Notes: generated by a model from the letters alone, not told the origin. A stretch of 64,000 nucleotides of DNA from Phycisphaeraceae bacterium (GCA_963674705.1 OY771506.1:1024001-1088000); one strand, 5' to 3'. Positions 18,453 through 28,788 are shown, numbered from the stretch's first letter. Translations and numbers: made by a program.

Positions 18453-19438
18453 AACGCTTGAATTTAATTACGAAGAAGATGGAGACGCCCTCACCCCGGC
18501 CCACTACCGGGGTGAGAGGAAGTAAGAGCAAAGCCACCCGGCGTTATCTTTTGTCGTGTGTGATAATCGTGTTTGTTTTCACGCAGCCCGGACGGTCACA
18601 GTTCAACATCGGGATCGGTGGGCGCGACAACGACGGGATACAGATCGATGTGTTCCGTGCGGCCGAGACGATCATGAGTGCGTCTGAAGCTCAGAAGAGC
18701 TTCACGTACGAGCAGGAGTATTACCTCGGCCGAGCCATCGCGGCAAACATTCTTTATCAGTATGAGCTATATGAAGAACCGGCAGCCAATCGCTACGTAA
18801 CACTCGTCGGCCAGACCGTTGCAGCCCATAGCGACATGCCACAGACGTTCGGGGGATATCGATTCCTGATCCTCGATAGTGATGAAGTCAACGCGCTGGC
18901 AGCGCCGGGCGGGATTATCTTTATCACACGCGGGATGTTGAGAGCCTGTGAAAACGAAGACCAGCTCGCGGCAGTGCTGGCACATGAGGTGGCGCATGTG
19001 CAATCACGTCACGGCGTGCAACTGATCAAAGACAGCCGATGGAAAAAGTTCGGGACCGAGGCGGTGTTCCTTTTCGCGGCCGGTGCCGGGGGAGACCTCG
19101 CGACGGCGGCGAATGTGTTCGGCGATATGGTTCAGGATGTGACGAATCAGATCCTGATCAAGGGATATGGTAAGAATCTGGAAAAGGAGGCTGACACCGA
19201 GGCACTGGTCATCCTGGAGCGAGTCGGCTACGAACCGCACGAAAGCATGGCACTGATGGAGAATATGCAAGAGCAATTGGTGAAGGGCCGAACGGACTTC
19301 ATCAAGACGCACCCCAAGCCTAAAGACCGGATCAAGACGATTGACAAGGCTCTAAACGATGAGCCGGAGTCCCAGGCGGTGCCGACGATACGCGTAAGTC
19401 GGTTCGAACAGGCGATCGGGGCCGCGAAGTCGCAGTAA
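18449..19438 (+). CDS. M48-family (BepA-like) zinc metalloprotease
   Basis: EQEYYLGR, NALAAPGG.IFITRG, LAAVLAHEVAH, EKEAD, THP; ATGA overlap with the SH3 gene. Confidence 0.9.
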   Translation: MKRLNLITKKMETPSPRPTTGVRGSKSKATRRYLLSCVIIVFVFTQPGRSQFNIGIGGRDNDGIQIDVFRAAETIMSASEAQKSFTYEQEYYLGRAIAANILYQYELYEEPAANRYVTLVGQTVAAHSDMPQTFGGYRFLILDSDEVNALAAPGGIIFITRGMLRACENEDQLAAVLAHEVAHVQSRHGVQLIKDSRWKKFGTEAVFLFAAGAGGDLATAANVFGDMVQDVTNQILIKGYGKNLEKEADTEALVILERVGYEPHESMALMENMQEQLVKGRTDFIKTHPKPKDRIKTIDKALNDEPESQAVPTIRVSRFEQAIGAAKSQ

Positions 19439-19467
19439 CAAGTACGATTCTGCCGACAAAAGAAGCT

Positions 19468-21627
19468 ATGGACACGCAACGCAAGCTGACCGCCGCATTG
19501 GTTATCGGTGCCTTGGCGGCGCTGTTGGCTTGGGCATTCAATCAGACGAACTGGCTGGACCCGTTCGAGGATATCACCTGGGACCGTCGCCAGATCGCGT
19601 TTGCCCAACCGGTAGGGCGTGATGTGCCGATCCGGCTGATCCTGCTGGACGAACAGAGCCTGGATTGGGCCAAGGGCGGGATGGGGATCCCGTGGCCCTG
19701 GCCGTATGAGTTGTACACGCCGATCTTCCAGTTCTGCAGAGACAGCGGCGCAAAGGCGATCGCGTTTGATGTGCAGTTTTATGACGCCGGGCGTTATGGG
19801 CCGTCAGACGACAGGAAGCTGTGTGAGATGGTAGCCGCAGGCAAGGACGTCGCCTTGGCTGTCGTGCCGGGGCAAGACCCGGCGGGTATCACCGCTTGGC
19901 CCGAGACGCTGGAACGACCCAATCTAAACGTGCCGGGCTTTGAAGAATACATCGCTACACATGGCATCGATGATCTGGTAACCGAGCGGTGCAGATTCTC
20001 TTTCGAACAGTTATCGCAGAGCGCGGCGATGCTTGGGCATGTCACACCCTTTGAATTGGATGCCGGGCAAGGCAAGAGCCAGGTGGTGCGGTGTGTAAGA
20101 CCCTTACTGCGATTTGATGGACAGAACATCCCCTCACTCGGGCTTGCGGCTTATTTAATTGGTGAAGATGCAACCGACACATTACGCATTGAAAACAATG
20201 TGCTTCACGTCGGCGATCATTCGATCCCGCTTGGAAGCGGCGGTCATGCGCTGTTGCGTTACCGCAAACCGCTCATGGCTAACAACGATCATCTCTATCG
20301 AAGCTACAGCGCGGCCGCGGTGATCCAATCTCACCTGCGGGTGTTGGCGGGCGAGGAGCCGACGATCAAGCCGGAAGAATTTAAGGATTGCTATGTGTTC
20401 TTCGGATTCAGCTCGCCGGGTTTGTATGACATCAAGCCGACACCGGTGACGCCGTTGAGCCCGGGCGTGGAGATGCACGCGACGCTGCTGGATAGTCTTA
20501 TAAACAGCGGGTATCTGGCAGAATCAAGCTGGTACAGCGTGTGGCTGTTTACGTTCTTTGTTTCGATCCTGGCGGCGGCTTGTGTGTTATGGGTTTCGGG
20601 GTGGGTGCGTGTGACGATTGTGTATGTGTTGTTCTTGCCTATCCCGGCGTTGGTTGGCTCGGTGTTATTTATAAACAACGCCGCCTGGCCGATCATCTGG
20701 CCGATGCTGGGCGTGAGTGTGGCACTGGTGGGCGCGACGATCTTCGACCTGGCGACCGAGGGGCGGCGACGCGCATTCATCAAACGAGCGTTCGGGCATT
20801 ACCTGAGCCCGGCCGTGATCGAAAAGGTGCTGGCAGACCCGACGCTGCTAAAACTTGGCGGCGAACGGCGTGAAGTGACCGTAATGTTCATCGACCTGGA
20901 AGGCTTCACGTCGATGGCGGAGAAGCTAGAACCAGACCAGGTATCGGGCTTGTTGAACGAATACCTCAGCCGAATGAGCGAAGCGATCCTGGAAGAGGAT
21001 GGGACAGTAGATAAATTCGAAGGCGACGCGGTGATGGCGTTCTGGAACGCGCCGCTGGATCAACCGGATCATGCGCTGCGTGCGTGCCGGGCGGCGCTGA
21101 AGTGCAAAGAGAAGGTTGTGGGATTGCGTCGGTTGTGGTTTGAAAAGACGGGCAAGGAACCGCGGATCCGGATCGGGATCCACAGTGGTGAATGCATCGT
21201 CGGAAACATGGGCGCGAAGCAGCGTTTCGATTACACCGTGTTGGGGGATACCGCGAATCTGGCATCACGTCTGGAGGGTGTGAACAAGGTGTTCGGCACG
21301 ACGATCCTGGTGTCCAGCCAGACGTGGGAAGAAGTCGGCGATGCGTTGGCGGGGCGTGGGATTGCACGTGTGCTGGTTGCCGGACGCAAAGAACCGGTGA
21401 TTGTAATCGAGCCTTACGGGACCGATCCTAATGTGCCCCACTCGACGGGTGAGGCATTCGATGAGGCTTTATCGTTCTGCGAACAGGGCCGATATGTCGA
21501 TGCGATGCACCGCTTCCATAAACTGAGCCAAGACCCGGTTTCGCGTATTTATGCCGAACATTTAGCTGAGATTCTCAAGATGCCGGAGCCGGCTTGGGAC
21601 GGTATCTGGCATCTGACAAGTAAGTGA
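19468..21627 (+). CDS. CHASE2-domain membrane class III adenylate cyclase
   Basis: WPWP, AKAIAFDV, PGVEMHA CHASE2 motifs; 3 TM helices; FIDLEGFT, DKFEGDAVMA, DYTVLGDTANLASRLEG (Lys/Thr pattern typical of ATP-specific enzymes). Confidence 0.92.
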   Translation: MDTQRKLTAALVIGALAALLAWAFNQTNWLDPFEDITWDRRQIAFAQPVGRDVPIRLILLDEQSLDWAKGGMGIPWPWPYELYTPIFQFCRDSGAKAIAFDVQFYDAGRYGPSDDRKLCEMVAAGKDVALAVVPGQDPAGITAWPETLERPNLNVPGFEEYIATHGIDDLVTERCRFSFEQLSQSAAMLGHVTPFELDAGQGKSQVVRCVRPLLRFDGQNIPSLGLAAYLIGEDATDTLRIENNVLHVGDHSIPLGSGGHALLRYRKPLMANNDHLYRSYSAAAVIQSHLRVLAGEEPTIKPEEFKDCYVFFGFSSPGLYDIKPTPVTPLSPGVEMHATLLDSLINSGYLAESSWYSVWLFTFFVSILAAACVLWVSGWVRVTIVYVLFLPIPALVGSVLFINNAAWPIIWPMLGVSVALVGATIFDLATEGRRRAFIKRAFGHYLSPAVIEKVLADPTLLKLGGERREVTVMFIDLEGFTSMAEKLEPDQVSGLLNEYLSRMSEAILEEDGTVDKFEGDAVMAFWNAPLDQPDHALRACRAALKCKEKVVGLRRLWFEKTGKEPRIRIGIHSGECIVGNMGAKQRFDYTVLGDTANLASRLEGVNKVFGTTILVSSQTWEEVGDALAGRGIARVLVAGRKEPVIVIEPYGTDPNVPHSTGEAFDEALSFCEQGRYVDAMHRFHKLSQDPVSRIYAEHLAEILKMPEPAWDGIWHLTSK

Positions 21628-21888
21628 AAATGGGTGTCATCGTGCCATAAAAAAGCATAATTCAGGAAAGCATTACAGCATTTTCAATACAATAAATAAG
21701 TATTTCCCCTGATAAAAATAAGGGGTATAAAAAAGTCCACAAAAACGCCTATTATCATACCAAATAATGGTTTACAGACACGTATTATCATATTTGTTAT
21801 TTTTGTGTTAGGTGTTTTTGGAGATTATAGCGTATCTAGATAAGCCAGATGGGGTTGACCTTGGTATTTCGAGTGATAATATACGACT

Positions 21889-21997
21889 GTTGCGAGTGAG
21901 TGATGAAAAACAACACACGCAGCTAGCCAGAAACTGGCTAACAAACATTGCCCCCGGAAAGGCTCGGCTTGGACTTCGGTTCTCGCCGGGCCTTTTT
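21889..21997 (+). ncRNA. Candidate small RNA (promoter, hairpins, terminator; no credible ORF)
   Basis: TTGACC-16 bp-TAATAT with extended TG upstream; TAGCCA-GAAA-CTGGCTA hairpin; terminal AGGCTCGGC...GCCGGGCCT-TTTT. Confidence 0.4.
21959..21997 (+). terminator. Rho-independent terminator
   Basis: AAGGCTCGGC-ttggacttcggttctc-GCCGGGCCTT followed by TTT; A-run on the other side makes it potentially bidirectional. Confidence 0.7.
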
Positions 21998-22111
21998 AAT
22001 TTCTTGTAAACCAAGGCTTAACCATTTGTAATTACAAATTTATTGATAAATCATTTAGATATATTTCCCCAAGCCGGTTGGCGCGAGGTGTCTGGCGGCT
22101 CAGAATGCGCC

Positions 22112-22489
22112 TTAGGGCAAATAGGCTGCGATACATCCCGACGCTTCTCCCAGCCGAACTTCATCGAGCGTCACTGCTATGGGAAGTTGTGGCTTGATTG
22201 CCCGGGCTATCTGCTCGGCAACACGCTCGGCGCTGGGATTGATGGATTCATTGGCAAACGGCGGGACATCGTTAAGGTGCTGTCTGTGCCAGGGGCCTAT
22301 CACATCCGCGACGATTCTCTCTAATTCGTGGAAGTCCATGACACAATCCATATCGTCCAGTTGATCGCAGCGTACGGTGACGGTGACAGGCCAGTCGTGG
22401 CTATGCGTGGTTTCGTAACTGCCATCGGGCAGGCGCAGGGCGTGGCTGGCGGTGAAGGTGGTTTCAATAGTCGCCCGGTAGGTTGGCAT
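22112..22489 (-). CDS. queD: 6-carboxytetrahydropterin synthase (PTPS/QueD family)
   Basis: [29 protein letters not shown] near C-terminus; the catalytic Cys before HxH is not evident. Confidence 0.8.
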   Translation of the reverse strand: MPTYRATIETTFTASHALRLPDGSYETTHSHDWPVTVTVRCDQLDDMDCVMDFHELERIVADVIGPWHRQHLNDVPPFANESINPSAERVAEQIARAIKPQLPIAVTLDEVRLGEASGCIAAYLP

Positions 22490-22545
22490 ACGGGCATTCT
22501 ATACGCGCTGGCCGGGTCCGTGCGGTGGGCCTACACTTGCTTTCT

Positions 22546-24534
22546 ATGGCTGAAGTAACAACCGAACAAACAGAGCTCATCATCGGGATCGACCTGGGTA
22601 CGACCAACTCCCTTGCGGCTTATTGCGATGAGCGTGGACCCCGGATTCTGGAAGGGCCTGGCGGCCAGCGGCTGCTGCCGAGTGTGGTTCGCTATGCCGA
22701 GGGCGATGGCTCTGTCGAAGCGATCGGCCGCGATGCCCGGCTGCACGCGGTCGAGTACCCCCTCAACACGATCTTCAGCGCCAAAAGGCTGATGGGCCGA
22801 TCAGTGGCGGATGTCGGCGATGAAGTGGATTACCTGCCGTATGAAGTTGTTGAGGGCGAGCAAAATACAGCCCGCGTGAAAGTCGGCGAGAAGCTGATCA
22901 GCCCGCAGGAAGTCAGCGCGGTGGTGCTTGGCGAGTTACGCCGATGGGCGGAAGGTGCGCTGGGTAAACCGGTGCGTAAGGCCGTCGTGACGGTGCCGGC
23001 CTATTTCGATGATGCGCAGCGGCAGGCGACGCGTGATGCGGGGCGGATCGCGGGTATCGAGGTTGTGCGTATCGTGAATGAGCCGACGGCGGCGGCGCTG
23101 GCGTATGGCTTGGGATTGGGGGTTGGGGATTCGGGATTAGGGAAAAAACAAGCGGATGGCTCTATTTCCCTTAGCACCAAACTGAATCCGGAGAAGTGTA
23201 GCAGCGAGGCCCAATCCCCAACCCCCAGCCCCCAATCCCCAGGTTCACAGACCGTCGCGGTATTCGACCTCGGCGGTGGGACGTTTGACGTATCGATCCT
23301 TCGCTTGATGCAGACGGATAACGGACGTGTGGATCAGGTGTTGTCGACATCGGGCGATACGCATTTAGGGGGCGATGATGTTGACCGCATGATTGTCGAA
23401 CTGATCCAGAAGGAAGTGCGCGAACAGTTCGGCGAGCAGATATCGTTCCCTGCTTCGACACGTCAAGCGTTCCGCAACTTTGCCGAGGTGACGAAGGTCC
23501 GCTTATCACAGGAAGATGAAGCCCGTGTCGAGGTGGATCTTGGTGCGGATAGCGAGGGTAAGCCTCGCGTGTATCAGCGAACGCTGACGCGCGATGCGTT
23601 TGAAGCGATGATCGGGGCCTGGGTTGATAAGACGATTAGCTGTTGTGAGCAGGCGCTGCGTGGGGCGAAGTTAAGTACAGAGGATATCGGGCGGGTCGTG
23701 ATGGTCGGTGGATCGACGCGCATTCCGCTGGTTCGTCAACGTGTGGGTGAATTCTTCGAGACCGAGCCGTATACAGCGCTGAATCCGGATGAGGTGGTGG
23801 CACTCGGTGCTGCGGTGCAGGGATCGATCCTGGCCGGGGTGAATCGCGACATGCTGTTACTGGATGTGATCCCGTTGAGCCTGGGGATCGAGACGATGGG
23901 CGGCGCGGTGTCAAAGCTCATCATGGCAAACTCGACGATCCCCGCGCAGGCGACGGAGATGTTCACGACATATGCCGACAACCAGACGGGTATCAAGGTG
24001 CACGTCCTGCAGGGCGAACGCGAACTGGTTGGTGATTGTCGATCGCTTGGTGAGTTTGAGTTGAAAGGTATTCCCCCGATGCCCGCGGGTTTGCCGAAAG
24101 TCGAAGTAACGTTCCTGGTCGACGCCAACGGCGTATTGAACGTGCAGGCTGTTGAAAAGCGCAGCGAGAAGCGGGCGTCAATCCAGATCGTGCCGAACCA
24201 CGGGCTGACGCGCGAAGAGGTCGATCAGATGGAGATTGCGTCGTACGCACATGCGGCCGAGGACATGCTGGCGCATCGTCTGATCGACTTGCGTAATCAG
24301 GCACGCTTGGACATGCGTGCGATCGAGAAGCAGTTGGCGAAGGTCGGCGACGAATTGGATGCCGAATACAAGGCCGAAGTAGAAGCGAAGGTCGCCGCGG
24401 TAAAAGCGATGGCTGACGCGCCGGATGTGAATGCTGATAGGTTCCACGAAGCATTGAATGCGATGGACAAATCGACGGTGCGTCTGGCGGAGATGGCGAT
24501 CGCGAAGACGTTGCGCGAAGAGCAGGAAGGGTAG
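22546..24534 (+). CDS. hscA: Hsp70 chaperone, HscA-like, with an in-frame repeat insertion
   Basis: [53 protein letters not shown] and [13 protein letters not shown] resemble HscA more than DnaK. Confidence 0.75.
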   Translation: MAEVTTEQTELIIGIDLGTTNSLAAYCDERGPRILEGPGGQRLLPSVVRYAEGDGSVEAIGRDARLHAVEYPLNTIFSAKRLMGRSVADVGDEVDYLPYEVVEGEQNTARVKVGEKLISPQEVSAVVLGELRRWAEGALGKPVRKAVVTVPAYFDDAQRQATRDAGRIAGIEVVRIVNEPTAAALAYGLGLGVGDSGLGKKQADGSISLSTKLNPEKCSSEAQSPTPSPQSPGSQTVAVFDLGGGTFDVSILRLMQTDNGRVDQVLSTSGDTHLGGDDVDRMIVELIQKEVREQFGEQISFPASTRQAFRNFAEVTKVRLSQEDEARVEVDLGADSEGKPRVYQRTLTRDAFEAMIGAWVDKTISCCEQALRGAKLSTEDIGRVVMVGGSTRIPLVRQRVGEFFETEPYTALNPDEVVALGAAVQGSILAGVNRDMLLLDVIPLSLGIETMGGAVSKLIMANSTIPAQATEMFTTYADNQTGIKVHVLQGERELVGDCRSLGEFELKGIPPMPAGLPKVEVTFLVDANGVLNVQAVEKRSEKRASIQIVPNHGLTREEVDQMEIASYAHAAEDMLAHRLIDLRNQARLDMRAIEKQLAKVGDELDAEYKAEVEAKVAAVKAMADAPDVNADRFHEALNAMDKSTVRLAEMAIAKTLREEQEG

Positions 24535-24549
24535 AAAACAAAGAGCTTT

Positions 24550-24633
24550 AGCCACAGATGAACACGGATAAACACAGATAAAAGAAGAAGGCTATATGTA
24601 TTCAGCATCTGTGTTAATCCGAGTTCATCTGTG
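24550..24633. repeat. Palindromic element with decamer-unit arms (AACACRGAT type)
   Basis: cacagatgaacacggataaacacagat ... atctgtgttaatccgagttcatctgtg; second copy at 31152-31266. Confidence 0.82.
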
Positions 24634-24680
24634 TCTGTTTGTTTTTCGGCATGTGTCGCCGCAAACATCATGGATCGTTT

Positions 24681-25502
24681 ATGTCAGATTTAATCCGTGT
24701 TGAACATGAGAATGGGTTGGTGACGTACGAGTCGCTTTTGCTGCGTACGGCGGGTGTGCCGCATGCGTTTACGACGCGGTTGGGCGGGGTGAGTCCAGCC
24801 CCTTACGATTCATTAAACCTTGCGGCCATGGTGAATGATCCCGATGCGGACAACAGCAAGAATGTGGCCGCCAACTTCCGGAAGATACGTCAGGTAATCG
24901 GTTGCCGAAGACACATCCGGGCGCAGGTAAACCAGGTGCATGGTTGTGCTGTATGGCACCCCCCTACCGAGCCGGTAAAGCCTGTGGATGCACCGCGCGC
25001 CGATGCAATTGCGACGGATAAGCCGGGGTTGCTGCTGATGGTGCGTGTAGCGGATTGCGTGCCGGTATTGCTGGCCTCCAAAGACGGACGCGTGGCGTCG
25101 GCTGTACACGCGGGCTGGCGTGGGATTATCGCCGGTATCGTCACCGAGGCAGTGCGCGAGTTAATAAGCCTCGGCAAGCTACGCACACAAGACATCGTTG
25201 CCGCGATCGGCCCCTGTATCAGCGTGAATCACTTTGAAGTCGGTGGCGAGGTTGTCGATGCGTTCGATAATGCGCGATTGAGCGATGCGATTAATCGCGA
25301 TGGTTTTGCCAAACCGCATATCGATCTACCGAAAGCTGTCGCAACACAGTTGAAGACCGCAGGTTTAAACGAGGAGCAGATCGACCGTACGGACCGCTGC
25401 ACGTATACCCTTGCCGACGAGTTTTTCAGTCATCGCCGGGATAACGGACGAACCGGGCGGCAAGCGGCACTGATCGCGGTGCGTAGCGGGCCCGGGGTCT
25501 AG
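24681..25502 (+). CDS. pgeF: Peptidoglycan editing factor / purine nucleoside phosphorylase, YfiH family
   Basis: FTTRLGGVS, SLNL, QVHG, ADCVPVL, HAGWRG, IGPCI, FEVG, FFSHRR. Confidence 0.93.
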   Translation: MSDLIRVEHENGLVTYESLLLRTAGVPHAFTTRLGGVSPAPYDSLNLAAMVNDPDADNSKNVAANFRKIRQVIGCRRHIRAQVNQVHGCAVWHPPTEPVKPVDAPRADAIATDKPGLLLMVRVADCVPVLLASKDGRVASAVHAGWRGIIAGIVTEAVRELISLGKLRTQDIVAAIGPCISVNHFEVGGEVVDAFDNARLSDAINRDGFAKPHIDLPKAVATQLKTAGLNEEQIDRTDRCTYTLADEFFSHRRDNGRTGRQAALIAVRSGPGV

Positions 25503-25516
25503 GGTCTTGGGTCTGG

Positions 25517-27163
25517 TCATTCCCAAGGCCAACGTAGCGGCACCCCAAGCGCGACGAGTCGGCTTTGAAGCGCATTGAGTAATTGTGGGTCTTCGTGGAC
25601 TTGTGCGGGCTCGAGGCGCTGGCTGATGCACATCACCGCCAGGATGCCTGCGGATTCGCCGACGTTCCATTCAACGGGGTGCAGGCGGTAGCAGCCGTTG
25701 GCGATGTGCGAGACGCCGATCGCTTTGCCGGCCACGATGACGTTGCGAACTCGTATGGGGAGCAATGAGCCCAGTGGAATACGGAACGGGCAGGCGGGGA
25801 TAAACACCTCATCACGCATGGCGGCCGAGGGGTGCAGGTCGATCGCGTAATGGCCGATGCCTACAGTGTCGTTGAAAAGCTCTCCCGCGACGCGCATCGG
25901 GCTCGACATCTGTGGGTGCCCGGCTTCGATGCGCTGCTGCTGACCGACGTGGGCTTCGGTGACAATGGTGCACGCCTTGAGGCGGCGCGGTTCGCGGATG
26001 TAGGGCACCATCGCAAAACCATCTTCGGTGCCGAGTTCATCGCCGCGCAGCTTCAGGCCGGGATAACCTATGCGTGTGCTGCTGTCGTGGCGTGGCGCTT
26101 CGGTCTGCATCCAGTAGAAAAAGCACAGGCTTTGTTGTTTAGCTTCATTTAGCGCCGCTTGTTTTTCTTCTTCACTCACGCCGAGTATCGGTTTGAGGAT
26201 GTAATCCATCTGGGGGGAGTTGAACAACGACACATCCGGCGGCGGAAATTGTCCCGTGTCGAATCGGTACAGCGCGTGATTCACGATGCGACGATAGCGC
26301 CATAGTTCGATTTGGCCGGGCTGTGGATTGTCGGGCCAAGGGACAAGCGGCAGCGTGCGCTTCGGCGTGTCACGGCCGGCGATATCCCAGGAGAACAGCG
26401 GGCCGGGCCAGCCGCCGGCTAATGGTGGAACATACGAGCGCCAGAAGCCATAGCCTTCGGGCTTGTCAATGATGTGGTCTTCACCCGGATGGTTTTCCAT
26501 CGCGAAGCACCATGTGATGGCCTGCTGATCGGTCGGGTCGTCTTTGTCCAATCTGCCGTGCAGTTCGCCGAAGGTGTCGCGGTGTTCGGCGCCGATGGCG
26601 TGTTCGATGCCGGCAATGGGGTAGAGATCGCCGGCCTCCGTGGCTTCGAGGATGTAGTCGGGTTCGACGATCAACTCCTCGCCGGTTTGTTTATTTAACA
26701 GCGTAACCGAATTCACGGTGTCGCCGGCCACGTCCGCGCTGACAGGCTCATGATGCAGAAGTAACGTAACGAGCCCGGCGTCAACATACTCGGCCAGCAT
26801 GTTGCGCAAGACCTCGTGGCCGATGCGTGGCTCGTGACATAGCCTGCTGACCCACCCCCCGCCGGGATTCAACAAGGGATTATTCGCTGCGGCATTGGTC
26901 AGCGCGCGATTTTGGTGATACCAGTCGCGAACGGCCCTGCGGTAGGCGAGATAACTAGCGGTAGCGGAAGTGACGCCCTCGATGTTTTCGATCCAGCGAT
27001 TCTCATCCGGCGGCACGGCCTGGCTGGTGAGTTGCCCGCCGATCCAGGCGGTCGGCTCGCTGACCACGCAGCGGATGCCGTGCTTCGCGATCGCCAAAGC
27101 CGCGGCGGTTCCGCCTGTTCCACCACCAAGAATCAACACCGGGATACTCATCTGCCTTGCCAT
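25517..27163 (-). CDS. FAD-dependent oxidoreductase (FAD_oxidored family)
   Basis: GGGTGGTAAA, WIGGQLTSQAV, EATEAGDL, PYIREPRR, GHYAIDLH, SHIANGCYRLHPVEW. Confidence 0.88.
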   Translation of the reverse strand: MARQMSIPVLILGGGTGGTAAALAIAKHGIRCVVSEPTAWIGGQLTSQAVPPDENRWIENIEGVTSATASYLAYRRAVRDWYHQNRALTNAAANNPLLNPGGGWVSRLCHEPRIGHEVLRNMLAEYVDAGLVTLLLHHEPVSADVAGDTVNSVTLLNKQTGEELIVEPDYILEATEAGDLYPIAGIEHAIGAEHRDTFGELHGRLDKDDPTDQQAITWCFAMENHPGEDHIIDKPEGYGFWRSYVPPLAGGWPGPLFSWDIAGRDTPKRTLPLVPWPDNPQPGQIELWRYRRIVNHALYRFDTGQFPPPDVSLFNSPQMDYILKPILGVSEEEKQAALNEAKQQSLCFFYWMQTEAPRHDSSTRIGYPGLKLRGDELGTEDGFAMVPYIREPRRLKACTIVTEAHVGQQQRIEAGHPQMSSPMRVAGELFNDTVGIGHYAIDLHPSAAMRDEVFIPACPFRIPLGSLLPIRVRNVIVAGKAIGVSHIANGCYRLHPVEWNVGESAGILAVMCISQRLEPAQVHEDPQLLNALQSRLVALGVPLRWPWE

Positions 27164-27226
27164 GGTGTAGATGTATCATGAATGGGTCGGCTTGTCGCGT
27201 CGCCTTGGTCGAAGACAGGCGGTAAG

Positions 27227-28069
27227 ATGGCTGCCATGAGTCAAAACAACAAACGTATCGGTGTGTGCACGTGGTCGCTTCAACCAAAGAATCCGGCCGA
27301 ATTGATCAAGGTGCTCAAATCGCTTGAGATTTCATGCGTGCAACAGTCTATGAGCCCGATGGTGGCGGACACTGCCACATGGGGTGGCGCGGCGGCAGAA
27401 CTGAAAGCAGCGGGTATCGAGATCGTCTCGGGCATGTTCTCGCCGATCGGCGAGGATTACTCGACGTTGCAGACAATCCGCAAGACCGGCGGCATCGTGC
27501 CGGACGAACATTGGGATGCGAATCTAAAACTGGCGACCGAGATCGCAACGATCGCCAAACGTGAAGGCGTCAAGACGGTGACGTTCCATGCCGGCTTTGT
27601 GCCGCACGACCCGGCCGATGCGAATTATGCGAAACTGCGTGACAGGCTGATCACACTCGCGAGCGTGTTCGCCAGGGCTGGTTGCGACCTGCTATTGGAA
27701 ACCGGCCAGGAGACGGCTGACGATCTGAACGCGTTCCTCAGCGCGGTGAACCAGCCGAACGTCGGCGTGAACTTCGACCCGGCAAATATGATCCTCTACG
27801 GCAAGGGCGATCCGATCGAAGCGATCAAGAAGCTGATCGCACGCATCCGCCAGATCCATATCAAGGACGCCACTGCCTCCAAGACGCCCGGCGAATGGGG
27901 AGCCGAAGTACCCGCCGGGACCGGTCAAGTAGATTGGGCCGCGTTCTTCAAGGTGCTTGCCGACGCCGGCTACACAGGCAACTTCGTGATCGAACGCGAA
28001 GCGGGTGATGATCGGCAAGGCGATATCGCCAAGGCGCGCGATCTGGTGAAGAAGCATTGCGGCATGTGA
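27227..28069 (+). CDS. Sugar phosphate isomerase/epimerase (AP endonuclease 2 TIM barrel)
   Basis: LETGQE, NFDPANMILYG, IHIKDA, G.GQVDW, IERE. Confidence 0.88.
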   Translation: MAAMSQNNKRIGVCTWSLQPKNPAELIKVLKSLEISCVQQSMSPMVADTATWGGAAAELKAAGIEIVSGMFSPIGEDYSTLQTIRKTGGIVPDEHWDANLKLATEIATIAKREGVKTVTFHAGFVPHDPADANYAKLRDRLITLASVFARAGCDLLLETGQETADDLNAFLSAVNQPNVGVNFDPANMILYGKGDPIEAIKKLIARIRQIHIKDATASKTPGEWGAEVPAGTGQVDWAAFFKVLADAGYTGNFVIEREAGDDRQGDIAKARDLVKKHCGM

Positions 28070-28082
28070 TTGATCGGCGGCA

Positions 28083-28322
28083 TTAAGCGCTACCCACGCG
28101 GGCCAGCGCGCCACCCACGGCAACTAAAATGGCACCCAGGACGAACGCTGTCCCACCATATCCAATAAGCGTGAATGGTGATGCATATACCGGCAGATGC
28201 CGGCGCAGGCTATAAGACGATATCGCAATAACACCCAGAGCCTCGACCACGAACCCGGCCGCCACACAGACAATCCCAGTGATTCGGATGATGTCGCCTA
28301 TAAGTTCCATTCGCTGTGCCAC
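28083..28322 (-). CDS. Small membrane protein (2 TM)
   Basis: Two hydrophobic segments in 79 aa; GTG start; downstream of the co-oriented ORF 28381-28617. Confidence 0.45.
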   Translation of the reverse strand: MAQRMELIGDIIRITGIVCVAAGFVVEALGVIAISSYSLRRHLPVYASPFTLIGYGGTAFVLGAILVAVGGALARVGSA

Positions 28323-28380
28323 TACCCGTCTTTAACTTGAGCCCCCCCCCGCAAACCTGACAACGGTGGATAAGCCAGAC

Positions 28381-28617
28381 TTATGAATCTGATTGATTTA
28401 AGCCAAATGCATCACGATCTTCACGCATATCCCGAATAGCGCGATCGACCATCCTGCGGATTTGCCGTTCCAACTCATCGATATTTTTCTTGCCTTCGGG
28501 TAACGCCATCCAACAGAACTGGATCGCCTGACGGATTTGCTGGTCGATTTGTTCCGGGCCGAACATCTCGCGAAAGTTGTCCGGCAGGTCCGGATCGTCG
28601 GCTGAGAAAAATGCCAT
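28381..28617 (-). CDS. Hypothetical protein
   Basis: Purine-rich RBS then MAFFSADDPDLP...IRQAIQFCWMALP...; protein-like composition. Confidence 0.65.
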   Translation of the reverse strand: MAFFSADDPDLPDNFREMFGPEQIDQQIRQAIQFCWMALPEGKKNIDELERQIRRMVDRAIRDMREDRDAFGLNQSDS

Positions 28618-28788
28618 ACGTACCCCCTTTTGAAAAACAGATGTACTGGTTTGCTTACAGCAGCGATTACAGCCTACCACAGAAGCCAACATAACAATGC
28701 CCGATAAGCGGGTTTGGCGGTGTTAGGGTATCGGCTAGCCGGGGAATTTCTTCTAAGTCACTTTTTCATATCACGTTGAACATTGGAC

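Noticed and set aside
21812..22014. Short ORFs in the AT-rich gap
   Set aside because: No RBS or motifs; they overlap promoter and terminator signals
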